Shown in pieces: positions 23,835 through 37,497 of a stretch of DNA of 64,000 nt. A program made the translations under genes and the position numbers. Positions within the stretch are counted from its first letter, which is position 1. The number at the start of each line of letters is the position of its first letter. The notes beneath the pieces were generated by a model that saw nothing but the letters and a program-made list of their open reading frames with translations, made no database searches and was not told where the DNA came from. This stretch comes from Octopus sinensis (lineage: Eukaryota): positions 10,044,001 to 10,108,000 of the forward strand of contig NC_043010.1 of the NCBI RefSeq assembly GCF_006345805.1, read 5' to 3'.

Positions 23835-24282
23835 CTTCAAACTTGAAATCTTCAAAGCCACAGTCGAACCAATTCTACTATATGGCTCAGAAACCTGGAC
23901 GTTATCAAAGAAGCTTGAGAGGCAGTTGGATGGAACCTACACTCGCCTCCTTATGAGAGCTCAAAATCTCTTGTGGAAGCGCCATCCAACCAAAATGCAA
24001 ATATATGGGAAACTACCACCTGTATCATCTCTTGTGAAAGGTAGGAGAGTCCAGTTTGCTGGACATTGTTGTAGAGCTGAAAAAGGGGTAATTTCTACTC
24101 TTCTCCTCTGGAAGCCATCTACTCGCAATACCAGAGGGCGCACACTCTCCTATCCTGATGTAATCTCCAGGGATACAGGCATCCAGCAACAGGACCTCCA
24201 TAATGCCATGATGGACCGTGAAGTCTGGCGTAGCATGGTAAATTCCATTGTCTCGACCATGGTCAAACAATGATGATGACAT
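23835..24282 (+). mobile_element. 5'-truncated RTE-type LINE 3' end
   Basis: IFKATVEPILLYGSETWTL..LDGTYTRLL..RRVQFAGHC..LLLW..MMDREVWR; stop at 24273 followed by a tgatgatga tail. Confidence 0.9.
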
Positions 24283-24435
24283 GTATGTGTGTATATCTGC
24301 GTGTGCACGTGTGTGAGTGAGATATATATCACAGAATTAAAATTCTCATGTACTATGTTTATCAGTTATGCTCCTAATACCATGTATATGCAGTACATAT
24401 TTTTTTATGCAATTTATCTAATAAACATACTCATA

Positions 24436-24606
24436 GGCACAGGAGTGGCTGTGTGGTAAGTAGCTTGCTAACCAGCCACATGGTTCCGGGTTCAGTCCCA
24501 CTGTGTGGCATCTTGGGAAAGTGTCTTCTGCTATAGCCCCGGGCCGACCAATGCCTTGTGAGTGGATTTGGTAGACGGAAAACTGAAAGAAGCCTATCGT
24601 ATATAT

Positions 24607-24654
<48 letters not shown>

Positions 24655-24874
24655 TTGTGTGTCTGTGTTTGTCCCCCTAGCATTGCTTGACAGCTGATGC
24701 TGGTGTGTTTACGTCACCGTTACTTAGCAGTTCGGCAAAAAGAGACCGATAGAATAAGTACTGGGCTTACAAAAAGAATAAGTCCCGGGGTCGAGTTGCT
24801 CGACTAAAGGCGGTGCTCCAGCATGGCCGCAGTCAAATGACTGAAACAAGTAAAAGAGTAAAAGAGTAAAGAGT
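24436..24874 (+). mobile_element. SINE family C
   Basis: Full family C sequence. Confidence 0.9.
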
Positions 24875-25349
24875 ATACACACATAAACAGTAAGCTTGAT
24901 GGGAAACAGAGAAAGAAAGAAACTATTCTAATATATATTAAAAATAATTCCTGATGTATTCTACTTAATGTTCTGCTATTGTTACTATTTATATAATGGA
25001 TTGTATTTCTTATTTAAAAAAGATATTTTCAAATGCTATAGAGTAGTCTTTTAACGATGCTTCTAAATGTATTTTAAAGGTGTGCATAAACCAATCAGTC
25101 ATACCCAATCATAAACATTTAAACAGTATGGATATTATCGCAAACATTGTCATACATTAAGGTATATAGAGAAATATGTTCATTTATTATATTTTTGTGG
25201 GAACACATATATGTGTGTGTATATTAAATTTTATATATATAATATATATATAACGGGAAGGTTTACGAAAATAAACAAAAGACAAAGGCAGGTGGAGTAC
25301 AAACAAACAAATGTATTAGTATGGCGCTCAGGAATAGAAATAGAACAAG

Positions 25350-25387
25350 TCTTTTACGTTTCGAGCCTACGCTCTTCGACAGAAAGA
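25350..25387 (-). ncRNA. Minimal type I hammerhead motif with CUGUCGA core variant
   Basis: Minus strand UCUUU CUGUCGA a GAGC guag GCUC GAAAC GUA AAAGA; lies in an insert at about 25250-25430. Confidence 0.6.
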
Positions 25388-25681
25388 TACACAGAAAAGA
25401 AACAAGGAGAGAAAAAAATGCGTGTAGGAGCTATATATATATATATATATATAAAAATTTTCCACAGGAACTTAGTTCAATTTGAAAAGTCCACCAGAAT
25501 GGATGCAATTTGAAAAATCCACCAGAATGGACGAAAGCGCTAATATATGATATATGATATAAGTTATATGATGTATAAAAACATGTAGTATATAAATAAA
25601 TATCTGTAAATATAAAACCATCCGAATTTCTGAGTACCTCATTTCTTCTAATATAAAATACCAGTACATCATCTCCAAACC

Positions 25682-25840
<159 letters not shown>

Positions 25841-26275
25841 TACCATTTAATATAGAAAATTATGAAAAAGCTACTAATAGTTTCATGCTTTGAGATACAT
25901 TAAATTGGCAGATTTATATAACATGCCATGTATCTCCATGCAATCTTTCAGGCTCAGATCATAACACCAGATATATTTAAAGATTAGGATGCTGAACTAT
26001 GAGAAAACATAAGGAAAAAAATGAGAGATGAAAAGTGGGTGAAGAAGGTTGAGGCAAAATTGAAATGAGAAGTAAGAAATGTGATGAATGAAAAAAAAAC
26101 AAGATCTTTGTCCTCTTTGACTGGAGACACCATAATTAAGGTAGCTTGTGTGTGTGTGTATGTGTGTGTTTGCAAACAGCTCCAATGAAACAACTCCATG
26201 AGCTGCTATGTAATATATATTACCTAGTTGCATGACTATATTATTGTTAACATATATGTCTGTTGACATATATAA

Positions 26276-26505
26276 GGCGGCGAGCTGGCAGAAACGTTAG
26301 CACGCCGGGCGAAATGCTCAGCAGTATTTTGTCTGTCGTTACGTTCTGAGTTCAAATTCCGCCGAGGTCGACTTTGCTTTCATCCTTTCGGGGTCGGTAA
26401 ATAAAGTACCAGTTACGCACTGGGGTCGATGTAATCTACTTAATCCCTTTTTCTGTCCTTGTTTGTCCCCCTCTATGTTTAGCCCCTTGTGGGCAATAAA
26501 GAAAT
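26276..26505 (+). mobile_element. SINE family B
   Basis: 19-bp TSD atatatgtctgttgacata at 26252-26270 and 26506-26524. Confidence 0.9.
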
Positions 26506-26793
26506 ATATATGTCTGTTGACATAATAAATGAATAATCACATAGAAACAATTGTCAACCACAAAATAAAAAATATCATGAACTCCAATCTTCACTTCTCA
26601 TTATTCATACTCTGCGATGGAAGTGAAACTTGTGAACTTTCAGTTTATTTGAAACATTGATTACCACAGCGAGTATCCTCCTTTTGCAATTCTCAGATAG
26701 CCACCACTGATATGAATGATTTCTGAGATAGACACCTGCATTATTTTATCTCTGCTAACCTACTGTGTGTATCTATATATATATATATATGTA

Positions 26794-26841
<48 letters not shown>

Positions 26842-26990
26842 ATGTGTGTGTGTGTATATATATATATGTATAGATATTTAAATAATGAGGGAGATAAATT
26901 AATATTAATTTTAATTGTAGTTTGATCGTTGATGTTCTATTTCTAGCATTTGGCCGACTACCTAGCAGTCTGGCCCTGCCAATATACACA

Positions 26991-27033
<43 letters not shown>

Positions 27034-27924
27034 ATATATATATACATATATATATATATAAACTCCATATTTATTTTATATCAAAGTTATGATCATGATC
27101 AGCTTTAAGAATTAAGAAAAACGGTATTACCCAAGTATAAAAGCTCCTTTGACTAACTTTTAATTCCTACCATGCCAATGACCAATAAAAGGAATCTGCT
27201 TGACCATAGATATTTCAAATGAATCAATTAGGACAGTAACAATGCACAGAGACATCAATGAGATAATGAAAATACATATTACATAACTGAGGTATTCCTT
27301 CATCAGCTGCCAATTGAATATCATCATGATCTTGACACCTTATAAATGTCTTTATGTATTTATGAATATGTATGTGTATAAGAACTTAATGTATACAACT
27401 TAAACAGTATTGAATTGAAATTACCTCTGCTATATATTACATATTCACTGCAAGTCTATGAGGAAATGATATTTATTTCAGACAATTCCACAGCATCATA
27501 CCTTCTGACAGTTCTTAAACATTTAGTATGATGCAGAGACAGAGATTTTTATTCTACAGCCCAGCAAACTATCACAGTGATTGCTTTATTCACTGTTTCT
27601 TATATGCTGAGGCACAAATTTATTGCACATATATGTATATATGATTGAGAATAGCACAGTTTGGTGTACTGAGGGGATCAGATCTATACTCCTATATAAA
27701 AGTATATAGTATGATATAATAGTTATAGGAACTTCTGTAGCTAGCAAAGCCACCATGCATTACAGGTAATACATCTGAAAATATGATTGAGTCATCAAGT
27801 GTCACAAAATTAACTAGAAGCTGAAGGATATTTTGATAGGTCTAATAGATAATACCATTCTCTTTCTCACTCTTCCTCAAATCACACACACACTAACACA
27901 CATTTAGACAAAAATAAATCAATC

Positions 27925-28740
27925 AAAAGCAAAATCAAAATCAAATTCGAGACTGGCGTCCATGCTAGCGAGATGCAAAGAGCACCATACGAATGTGATC
28001 ATTGACAGAGCGGCTAACCGGCTTCCATGCCAGTGGCACTTAACGGGCACCATTCGAGCATGATCATTGCCAGTGTCGCCTTACTGGCATTTGTGCCCAT
28101 GCTAGTAGGATGTCAAGAGCACCATCCGAGCGTGATCATTACCAGAGCAGCCAACTGGCTTCCGTACCCTTGGCACGTAAAAGGGCACCATTCGAGCGTG
28201 ATCATTACCAGAGCAGCCAACTGGCTTCCATACCCTTGGCACGTAAAAGGGCACCATTCGAGCGTGATCATTACCAGAGCAGCCAACTGGCTTCCGTACC
28301 CTTGGCACGTAAAAGGGCACCATTCGAGCGTGATCATTACCAGAGCAGCCAACTGGCTTCCGTACTCTTGGCACGTAAAAGGGCACCATCCGAGCGTGAT
28401 CATTACCAGAGCAGCCAACTGGCTTCCATACCCTTGGCACGTAAAAGGGCACCATTCGAGCGTGATCATTACCAACGTCACTTTACTGGCACCTGTGCTT
28501 GTGGCATGTGTAAAAGGATTTGAGCGAGGTCATTGCCAGTACCGCCTGACTGGCCCCCGAGCAGGTGGCACGAAAAAAGCACCCACTACACTCTCGGAGT
28601 GGTTGGCGTTAGGAAGGGCATCCAGCTGTAGAAACTCTGCCAAATCAAGATTGGAGCCTGGTGCAGCCATCTGGTTCGCCAGCCCTCAGTCAAAATCGTC
28701 CAACCCGTGCTAGCATGATGATGATGATGATGATGATGAT
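27925..28740 (+). mobile_element. SINE family A, expanded by an internal 66-bp tandem array
   Basis: Units start at 28120, 28186, 28252, 28318 and 28384, with a partial unit at 28450; normal family A 3' end and (GAT)n tail. Confidence 0.9.
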
Positions 28741-29081
28741 AATATAGAACAGAGGTTTCTGTAATTCAGAATTTTATAACTTTTTTAGAAACTATGAGGA
28801 ATCTCCTGGTAAATAATATGACTGGTGCTGGATATTTGGATATACTGACATAGATTATGGCATATAGCATTACAAACAATTAGATTATGATATTAGCTAT
28901 ATGGCTTAATTAAGTATTATATTAATTTTCCTTGTCTGTATTTAATATTCTGCAATGTGGAAGTTTATTGTGTATTCGAAAATATATATATACATTTACA
29001 TACACACACACACACACTCACATACACACACATGTATAAGCTAATATGAAACAGTGCTCAACACTGCATTGGTGGATCACA

Positions 29082-29116
<35 letters not shown>

Positions 29117-29318
29117 CTTTATTTGTGGATTAACTAGATAACTGCTGAGATTTCTCTTCACATGAAACCAATGGCAGCTTTGTTAACCCTCAAATAAAGA
29201 ATATTTATTCACCAATGCAGGGTTGAGCATTCATTGTCACTGTTCAATATTAGCATTTATAGATATATGTGTGTGTGTGTGTGTGTGTGTGTATGTACAC
29301 ACACATGCATATACATAT

Positions 29319-29349
<31 letters not shown>

Positions 29350-29539
29350 ATATATTTATATATATGTGTGTGTAAGTGTGTGCATGTGTGTGTATGCATG
29401 CATGTGTATGTATGTATATACATGTACACATGTATATGTATTCTACTTTTGATCTCCGTGTACTTTTGCAGACCATCATTTGTTTTCTTAGCTTCTACTC
29501 TTTGCAATATTTTATGACATCTTACTGTTATGATATTGT

Positions 29540-29820
29540 TGTTTGTTCCTTCTCGAGCCACGCCTGGCTCATAAGGGCTGGTTTCCCGGTTTCCTTGGCA
29601 TATAGGTTCCCCACCTGCAGGTGAGCTGCAAGATGCAGGAGGAAAGAGTGAGAGAAAGTTGTGACAAAAGAGTCAGCAGAAGTTCACCATTACCTCCTGC
29701 TGGAGCCGTGTGGAGCTTAGGTGTTTCACTCATATACACACACATCGCCTGGTCTGAGATTCGAACCCGTGATCTCTTGACCGCGAGTCCGCTGCTCTAA
29801 CCACTAAGACATGTGCCTCC
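29540..29820 (-). mobile_element. SINE family D, tail type 3
   Basis: Flanking direct repeat actgttatgatattg at about 29524-29538 and 29821-29835. Confidence 0.9.
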
Positions 29821-30413
29821 ACTGTTATGATATTGGGTTATATTGAAACATATGGCTTCTTCTTCAAGTAGTCACAACTGATATGCATTTCACGATACTG
29901 CATGAGAAAACCTGGTATCTCTGTCTCCCATATTTGCCTTGGTAGATCCTCAATTTAATATTGAGTTCTCCGCCAATAACCACATGGTAGTCAAGTGTTC
30001 TGTTGTGTCTGGGGAGAGTCATTTTCTTTTTGTGCCTTATAAAACCAAATCCAAAACCGAAAGAGTCGAGTGTTGTTCTTCCTTTATTAGGCTGTGGTAA
30101 GCTCCAAAATATGACCATCCAATATGATAGGGTATTGATCTTGATAATTGTAGCCAGAAAAGACTACACAGCATTGAGCAACAATAGTAGCTATTGAGGA
30201 AATGTGTCCATAAATCCCCTTAGTGTTTCATGTCTATGGCATACATCATTTTTAGCCCCCATGAGAAGCCTGGTTAACATTCTGTTGATCTATATACCAA
30301 ATATTGTGATATATTATTATATGAAATAAAGTTGGTATTCAGTGTTATTGCTAGTATTTTATTTGCTTTGATATTCATTGATGTATTAAGATATTCTGAG
30401 GTGAAGACAGTGA

Positions 30414-30857
30414 TCATCATCATCATCATCATATCATCATCATCGTTTAACGTCCGTTTTCCATGCTAGCATGGGTTGGACAGTTTGGCCAGGATCTGGG
30501 AATCCAGAAGGCTGCACCAGACTCCAGTCTGATCTGGCAGTGTTTCTACAGCTGGATGCCCTTCTTAATGCCAACCACTCTGTGAGTGTAGTGGGTGCTT
30601 TTTACGTGCCACCAGCACAGGTGCCAGGCGAGGCTGGCAACGGCCATGATTGGTTGGTGCTTTTTACGTGCCACCGGCACGGAAGCCAGTCAAGGTGGTG
30701 CTGGCATCGACCACGTATGGAAGGTGCTTTTCACATGCCACCAGCACAGGTGCCAGGGGAGGCTGGCAACGGCCACGATTGGTTGGTGCTTTTTACATGC
30801 CACCGGCACGGAAGCCAGTCAAGGTGGTGCTGGCATCGGCCACATTCGGATGGTGAT
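30414..30857 (-). mobile_element. SINE family A with a ~123-bp internal tandem duplication
   Basis: Segment ggtgctttt(t)ac..gccaccagcacaggtgccagg..ggcatcg present twice. Confidence 0.9.
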
Positions 30858-31279
30858 ATAATGAGTAAAGTATATTGTTCTACATCTTTGTATTGTGAAA
30901 ATGGGTTATAATGTGAGATATTACATTATGATATTAAGTGGAGAATTGTATTTTTTATGTTTTAATATCAATTGATGTATGAAGATGGGGAACTGGCAGA
31001 ATCGTTAGCATGCCAAGCAAGATGCTTCACCTCATTTCATCCATCCTTACATTATGTGTTCAAATTCTACCAAAGTTGATTTGCCTTTCATTTTTTAAGG
31101 GGTCAACAAAATAAGTACCAGTTGAATACTGGGGTCAGTGTAAATCACTTACCCCTCTTCCAAAATTACTGGCCTTGGGCCAAAATTTCAAAACAATGTT
31201 AATTGATATATTAAGACAGTGAACTGGCAGAATTCTTAGCATGCTGGATATGATGCTCAGTGGTATTTCTTCTGGAAAA

Positions 31280-31510
31280 GGTGGCAAGCTGGCAGAAATG
31301 TTAGCACGCCGGACGAAATACTTAGCGGTATTTCGTCTGTCTTTACGTTCTGAGTTCAAATTCCGCCGAGGTCGACTTTGCCTTTCATCCTTTCGGGGTC
31401 GATTAAATAAGTACCAGTTACGCACTGGGGTCGATATAATCGACTTAATCCGTTTGTCTTTCCTTGTGTGTCCCCTCTGTGTTTAGCCCCTTGTGGGTAG
31501 TAAAGAAATA
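31280..31510 (+). mobile_element. SINE family B nested in an older B-like SINE
   Basis: 14-bp TSD ggtatttcttctgg at 31262-31275 and 31511-31524. Confidence 0.9.
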
Positions 31511-31704
31511 GGTATTTCTTCTGGTTTCATGTTCTGAGTTCTAATACCACTGAGGTCAATTGTACTTTCAATTCCTTTTGGGGTTGATAAAATAAGTACC
31601 AGTAGAGCACTTGGGCTCATGTAATCTATGTATTCACTCCCTTGAAACTGTTGGCCTTGTACCAAAATTAAAATCAATATTAATGATATATTAAGATATA
31701 TTAA

Positions 31705-31869
31705 GGTGCAGGAGTGGCTGTGTGGTAAGTAGCTTGCTAACCAGCCACATGGTTCTGGGTTCAGTCCCACTGTGTGGCATATTGGGCAGGTGTCTTCTTC
31801 TATAGCCCCGGCCCGACCAATGCCTTGTGAGTGGATTTGGTAGACAGAAACTGAAAGAAGGCTGTCGTA

Positions 31870-31931
<62 letters not shown>

Positions 31932-32168
31932 TGTATATATATGTATGTGTGTGTGTGTTTGTGCATCTGTTTGTCCCCCTAGCATTGCTTGACAACCGAT
32001 GCTGGTGTGTTTACGTCCCCGTCACTTAGCGGTTTGGCAAAAGAGACTGATAGAATAAGTACTGGGCTTACAAAGAATAAGTCCCGGGGTCGATTTGTTT
32101 GACTAAAGGTGGTGCTCCTGCATGGCCACAGTCAAATGACTGAAACAAGTAAAGGAGTAAAAGAGAGT
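31705..32168 (+). mobile_element. SINE family C
   Basis: Full family C sequence. Confidence 0.9.
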
Positions 32169-32702
32169 AAGATGACAAGCTGGCGGAGTAATTAGCATGC
32201 AGGACAAAATGCATAGTGTTTTTTTCCAACTTTGCATTCTGAGTTCAAACACTGCAGGTACATTTTTGAAATCTTTTTGAGGTTGATGAAATAAGCGATG
32301 GCATCAACCAGATCTGTCTCCTTAAATTTCAGGCCTTTTGCCTATAGTAGAAAGAATATTTGTTGATATATTGCAATATACTAAGAAGTATCATCTGTGT
32401 TGTTTGCACTTTGAGGTTTGTGTCCAGCTTTGAAATTTATTATCCTAGTTGAGTTGACACCCTTCAATACTCGAAAAGATGTCTCTGTCAGTTTGGTCAA
32501 ATGCACCATCTTTCTTGTGGCAAACCCATCTCTGGCATACTTGTGTTAATGCCAAGACTGACAGCTGAAAATGTGAGTAATGGTCAAGTCAAATTTTGAT
32601 CTGATATTTGGTACTTGCATACATGATACCTACTGTTGGAATTGTGACTAGATGACAAACCCTGCATCAGAAGTTTGTGGTTACTGATTGTGGTTGGCTT
32701 CT

Positions 32703-33038
32703 GTTCACCATTACCTGTTCTGTTCACCGTGTGGTGCTTAGGTGTTTCGCTCATATACACACACATCGCCTGGTCTGAGATTCGAACCCATGATCTCTTG
32801 ACCGCAAGTCCGCTGCTCTAACCACTAAGCCATGTGCCTCCACTGTTATGATATTGGGTTATATTGAAACATATGGCTTCTTCTCCAAGTAGTCACAACT
32901 GATATGCATTTCACCATACTGCATGAGAAAGCCAGGTATCTCTGTCTCCCATATTTGCCTTGGTAGATCCTCAATTTAATATTGAGTCCTTTGCCAATAA
33001 CCACATGGTAGTCAAGTGTTCTGTTGTGTCTGGGGAGA
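32703..33038. repeat. Dispersed duplicate of 29685-30017 (SINE D head plus ~200 bp of unique flank)
   Basis: Constant 3021-bp offset from 29706/32727 to 30017/33038; high identity by eye. Confidence 0.9.
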
Positions 33039-33389
33039 AAACCAGGTATTTCTGTGGATTTAGAGGTGGAATTTGTTCAACCCATCCCAGAGGCAAGTAG
33101 CTTAGTGGTTAGGATGTTATACACACGATCTAAGATAGTGGTTTCGATTTCTGAACCAGGCAACACGTTGTGTTCTCGAGTCTAACACTTAATTCCATGT
33201 TGCTCCTGTCCACTCAGTTGGCAAAAATGAGTAATCCTGCAATGGACTGGTGTCCAGTCTAGGTGGTGGGTGAATATATGCATCATAAATCACAAAGATC
33301 TTCATCTTTAGATGCTAGTTGAGTTTTTTCTACAAGTACAATTAAGAGAATTAAAGAGTACTAGGGATAGAGTCTATGTTATAATACCT

Positions 33390-33864
33390 GGGATGTAGCC
33401 AACCCACTTATGCGTTCCTTTCCTTCTTGGGACACAAAACTCCACTTGTGAAGACCTGTTGAGGCAAGTGAAAATCAAAATCAAAATCAAAATTATAATC
33501 TATCAACGTCAATGGAATTTGTAGCTGTGATACCAGTGCCAGTGGTGCGTAAGAGAACCATCCGAACGTGGCCGTAGCCAGCACCGCCCTGACTGGCTTC
33601 CATGCCAGTGGCACGTAAAAAGCACAATCTGTCCGTGGCTGTTTGCCAGCCTTGTCTGGCACCTGTGCCGGTGGCACATAAAAAAAACCCACTACACTCA
33701 CGGAGTGGTTGGCATTAGGAAGGGCATCCAGCTGTAGAAACACTGTCAGATCAGACTGGGCCTGGTGCAGCCTTCTGGCTTCCCAGATCCCCGGTCGAAC
33801 CGTCCAACCCATGCTAGCATGGAAAGCGGACGTTAAACGATGATGATGATGATGATGATGATGA
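33390..33864 (+). mobile_element. SINE family A, longer 5' part
   Basis: (aaaatc)n linker, family A body, (GAT)n tail. Confidence 0.85.
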
Positions 33865-34209
33865 TTGTATTTATATACTGATATTACAAACCTGTTTTAT
33901 AGAAACATTCTATCTATTATTATTGACTGATATCCTAATACCAATATATACACTGTTGTATCGCAAGTTCGATGTACGATACAACGGAATAATAATAATG
34001 GCCTTGCAAATCGTTCTACACAAAATACTGGGAATAACCCTCAACAATACACAACTCTCGACTTTACTCTATGCTGAAGGTTCTGTACATATGTCCATTT
34101 ATATTGGGGTACAGTCCATTTGGAGCCAACCGATAGGGGTGTTTTACTTCCACACAACACCTCCTCTTTTTGAGATTGGCTTTGTCCTTTTTTTAATTTA
34201 TTTATTCTT

Positions 34210-34645
34210 TATTTTTACTCTTTTTCTCTCTTTCACTCTTTTACTTGTTTCAGTCATTTGACTGTGGCCATGCTGGAGCACCACCTTTAGTCAAGCAAAT
34301 CAACCCCAGGACTTATTCTTTGGAAGCCTAGTACTTATTCTATCAGTCTCTTTTTACCAAACTGCTAAGTTATGGTGACATAAACACACCACCCACCAAC
34401 ATTGGTTGTCAAGCAATGTTGGGGGGGAACAAGCACAAACACATACACACACATACACATATATATATATATATATATACATATATACGACGGGCTTCTT
34501 TCAGTTTCCGTCTACCAAATCCACTCACAAGGCTTTGGTCAGCCTGAGGCTATAGCAGAAGACACTTGCTCAAGGTGCCACACAGTAGGAATGAACCCAG
34601 AACCATGTGGTTGGTAAGCAAGCTACTTACCACACAGCCACTCTT
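34210..34645 (-). mobile_element. SINE family C
   Basis: Family C sequence. Confidence 0.85.
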
Positions 34646-36227
34646 CCTTGGTGAGAAACTGGCATATCTCTTTCTCTTGGCATTAATTTCCATCAATTCT
34701 CTAGGTTTTCTTTTCCTGTTCGACCTACATGTCAGTTCTGCTTTCACACAGCATAGACTATGACTTGATGGACCACAATATTTACTTCACATCATAATAT
34801 ATTACAATATATTCTAAAATGTTGTTTAAACCACAAGCAATTTCTGTATTCTCAAAGTGTCCTTTCATTCTTAATGCAACTGGATGTGACTCAATGGTAT
34901 TTCACTGCTACTTCTTATAGAACGTGTGTTCAGTTTGCATAAAAGTTCCCTTATTGACTGATATGGTTCCCTCGTTAGCTAACGAGGATCCATTGTTGGT
35001 GCATGACCTTATCTCATTCATTAGTATATAAGAGTATATTATTAAGGTAATTGTTATGGATCTTAAATCAGATGGTCTAAAGGCTTTGCGGTATCTACTT
35101 CAATGACAGACTGCTCAGAGTTGAAATTTTGAGTTTATCATAATGATTCAATTATATATAATATATTATGTAATAAATGTATGTATATATATATATATAT
35201 ATAATATATATATATATATGTATATATATATGTACATGCATGTATATGCAAGTATATAATATATATATATATATATATACACACACATATATACATATAC
35301 TCATACATACTTTTATATACACACATATATCTCTCTCCCTCTCTCTCTCTACATATATATGCATGTATGTATGTATGTATGTATGTATGTATGTATGCAT
35401 GCATGTATGTATGTTTGTATGCATGTATGTATGTATGTTTGTATCTATGTGTATGTATGTATGTATGTATGTATGTATGTATGTAGGTATGTATGTGTGT
35501 ATGTATGTATGTACGTGTGTGAGAGAGAGAGAGAATCAATCCCTTCATCAGCAGTCAATTATAGATCACAATGATTTTGACACCCTCCACTAGTATAGTT
35601 CCTTTCAGCAGAGCTGAGAAGCATCGATACCATCAAGGAATGTCCAGTTTGTCTTCCACCACACTATAGCATTCTTTGTTCTCTGCTACCTATGCAGTGT
35701 CTGCACCAAATCTGGTGCAACTGTGCTTACATTAAGAAGCCATGCAGCACTTGCTTAGGATTTGTTAATAAATCTTAGCTGTTGTCTTTTTCTCATATAC
35801 CTCTGCTATGGCCATGATAAAGCAGTTTTGGCTTCTTTTTTCATCTGCTGTTATTCCTTTCTAAATCCAATGCCTGCCAGGCAGGACATCATGGATTTAG
35901 GTACTCATGAAATCGTACCAAACACTGCTGACTTTGTACCTCTCATAGCACACTAAATCCTTCATATTTTAGTTCCTTACCATCATAAATCAACCCTGTA
36001 TTTTAATCTCTCAGTGATTATTCCTGGGGGAGCGGGTGTCTGCCTTTCTTACCATCATATCCTTAATTGCACTTTAGACCATCTACCTGGCAACCTTAAT
36101 GGCTCCTCTGTTGGGTCTGTGTGGGATAGGTCTATTTGCTGTATGGGATATGTCAATTCGACAACCTCTTGTAATAGCATTTCCATACCTCTTTCATTTC
36201 AACATCAGTTGATGTTAATGTGCTACT

Positions 36228-36614
36228 GGAGGAAGCACTACATCGGTTACGATGACGAGGGTTCCGGTTGATCCGATCAACGGAACAGCCTGCTCGTGAA
36301 ATTAACATGTAAGTGGCTGAGCACTCCACAGACACGTGTACCCTTAACGTAGTTCTCAGGGATATTCAGCGTGACACAGAGAGTGACAAGGCCGGCTCTT
36401 TGAAATACAGGTACAACAGAAACAGGAAGTAAGAGTGAGAGAAAGTTGTGGTGAAAGAGCACAGCAGGGATCACCACCATCCCCTGCCGGAGCCTCGTGG
36501 AGCTTTTAGGTGTTTTCGCTCAATAAACACTCACAACGCCCGGTCTGGGAATCGAAACCGCGATCTTACAACCGCGAGTCCGCTACCCTAACCACTGGGC
36601 CATTGCGCCTCCAC
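36228..36614 (-). mobile_element. SINE family D, tail type 1
   Basis: Head ggaggcgcaatggcccagtggtt; tail ..accctcgtcatcgtaaccgatgtagtgcttcc. Confidence 0.9.
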
Positions 36615-37151
36615 ACAATGTGCTACTATAATTTCACACATAATTTTCCCTAGTTGTATTTTGATTCTCTCTAGTACACTGCATGCTGTCCAGAAAACCT
36701 CACTTATCTGGCTCTCACATTGCAGAATGTATGCAAACATCTTTAGGCTTTATCACTTGCTAAGTATATCCAATATTTGATTACTCTTATTGAAACTTAA
36801 TATTTTCCTTAGCTGCTTCCTTTCTTTCAGTCTTTCCAAATCTGTTTCATAGCTTTTATGGCTCTGTCTAAGTACCAGCATGTTGACTTCCATCTCACTA
36901 GAACCTTCCTGATGTCACAGATCTTGTTAGGAAGATCACTTCTAAATCATAAGTTTGGGTTGTGTCACACACTGGGTCATTATGAATCTGCATAAGAATT
37001 ACAATATAGTCAAATATGCCTGTAGAATTTTCATTTGCTTACATACTAATTTATATCGTGCATGGTATTTTGGTCTCTCAAACAATTAAAAATGATGGTC
37101 AGAAATTCTGATCAAAATCCATTTATCAGATATATATATCTTAATTGAACG

Positions 37152-37497
37152 CCTTCCATCCGTTGAGAGAGCACATAAGTAGCAAGATCATCAGAAAGAA
37201 GTCTGGCGTGAGAGATGTCATCGCAGAGTATACACGCAGCAAGTATAGATGGACTGGACACGTCGCCCGGCTCATCGATAATCGGTGGACGCACGCAGTT
37301 GTCGAGTGGTACCCGCGTGAGCGGAAAAGACCACCCAGAAGACCTCCACGACGGTGGAGTGACGATTTCAGGAGGACGATTGGGATCACGTGGATGAGAA
37401 AGGCACGATCCAGAGAGGAGTGGACAGCGTGCTGTGACCAACGGTGTCAAATGGACGCCTGACAGACTGGTCAGTCAAAGTGATCAAAGTGAAGTGA
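37152..37497 (+). mobile_element. 5'-truncated RTE-clade LINE 3' end (second lineage)
   Basis: IRKKSGVRDVI..KYRWTGHVARLIDNRWTHAVVEWYPRERKRPPRRPPRRWSDDF..ARSREEW; stop at 37462; (aaagtg)n-like tail. Confidence 0.9.

Noticed and set aside
28027-28713. 228-aa repeat protein, or a CRISPR-like array
   Set aside because: The 66-bp units are contiguous with no unique spacers and sit inside a family A SINE; the DNA is eukaryotic-like with no cas genes.
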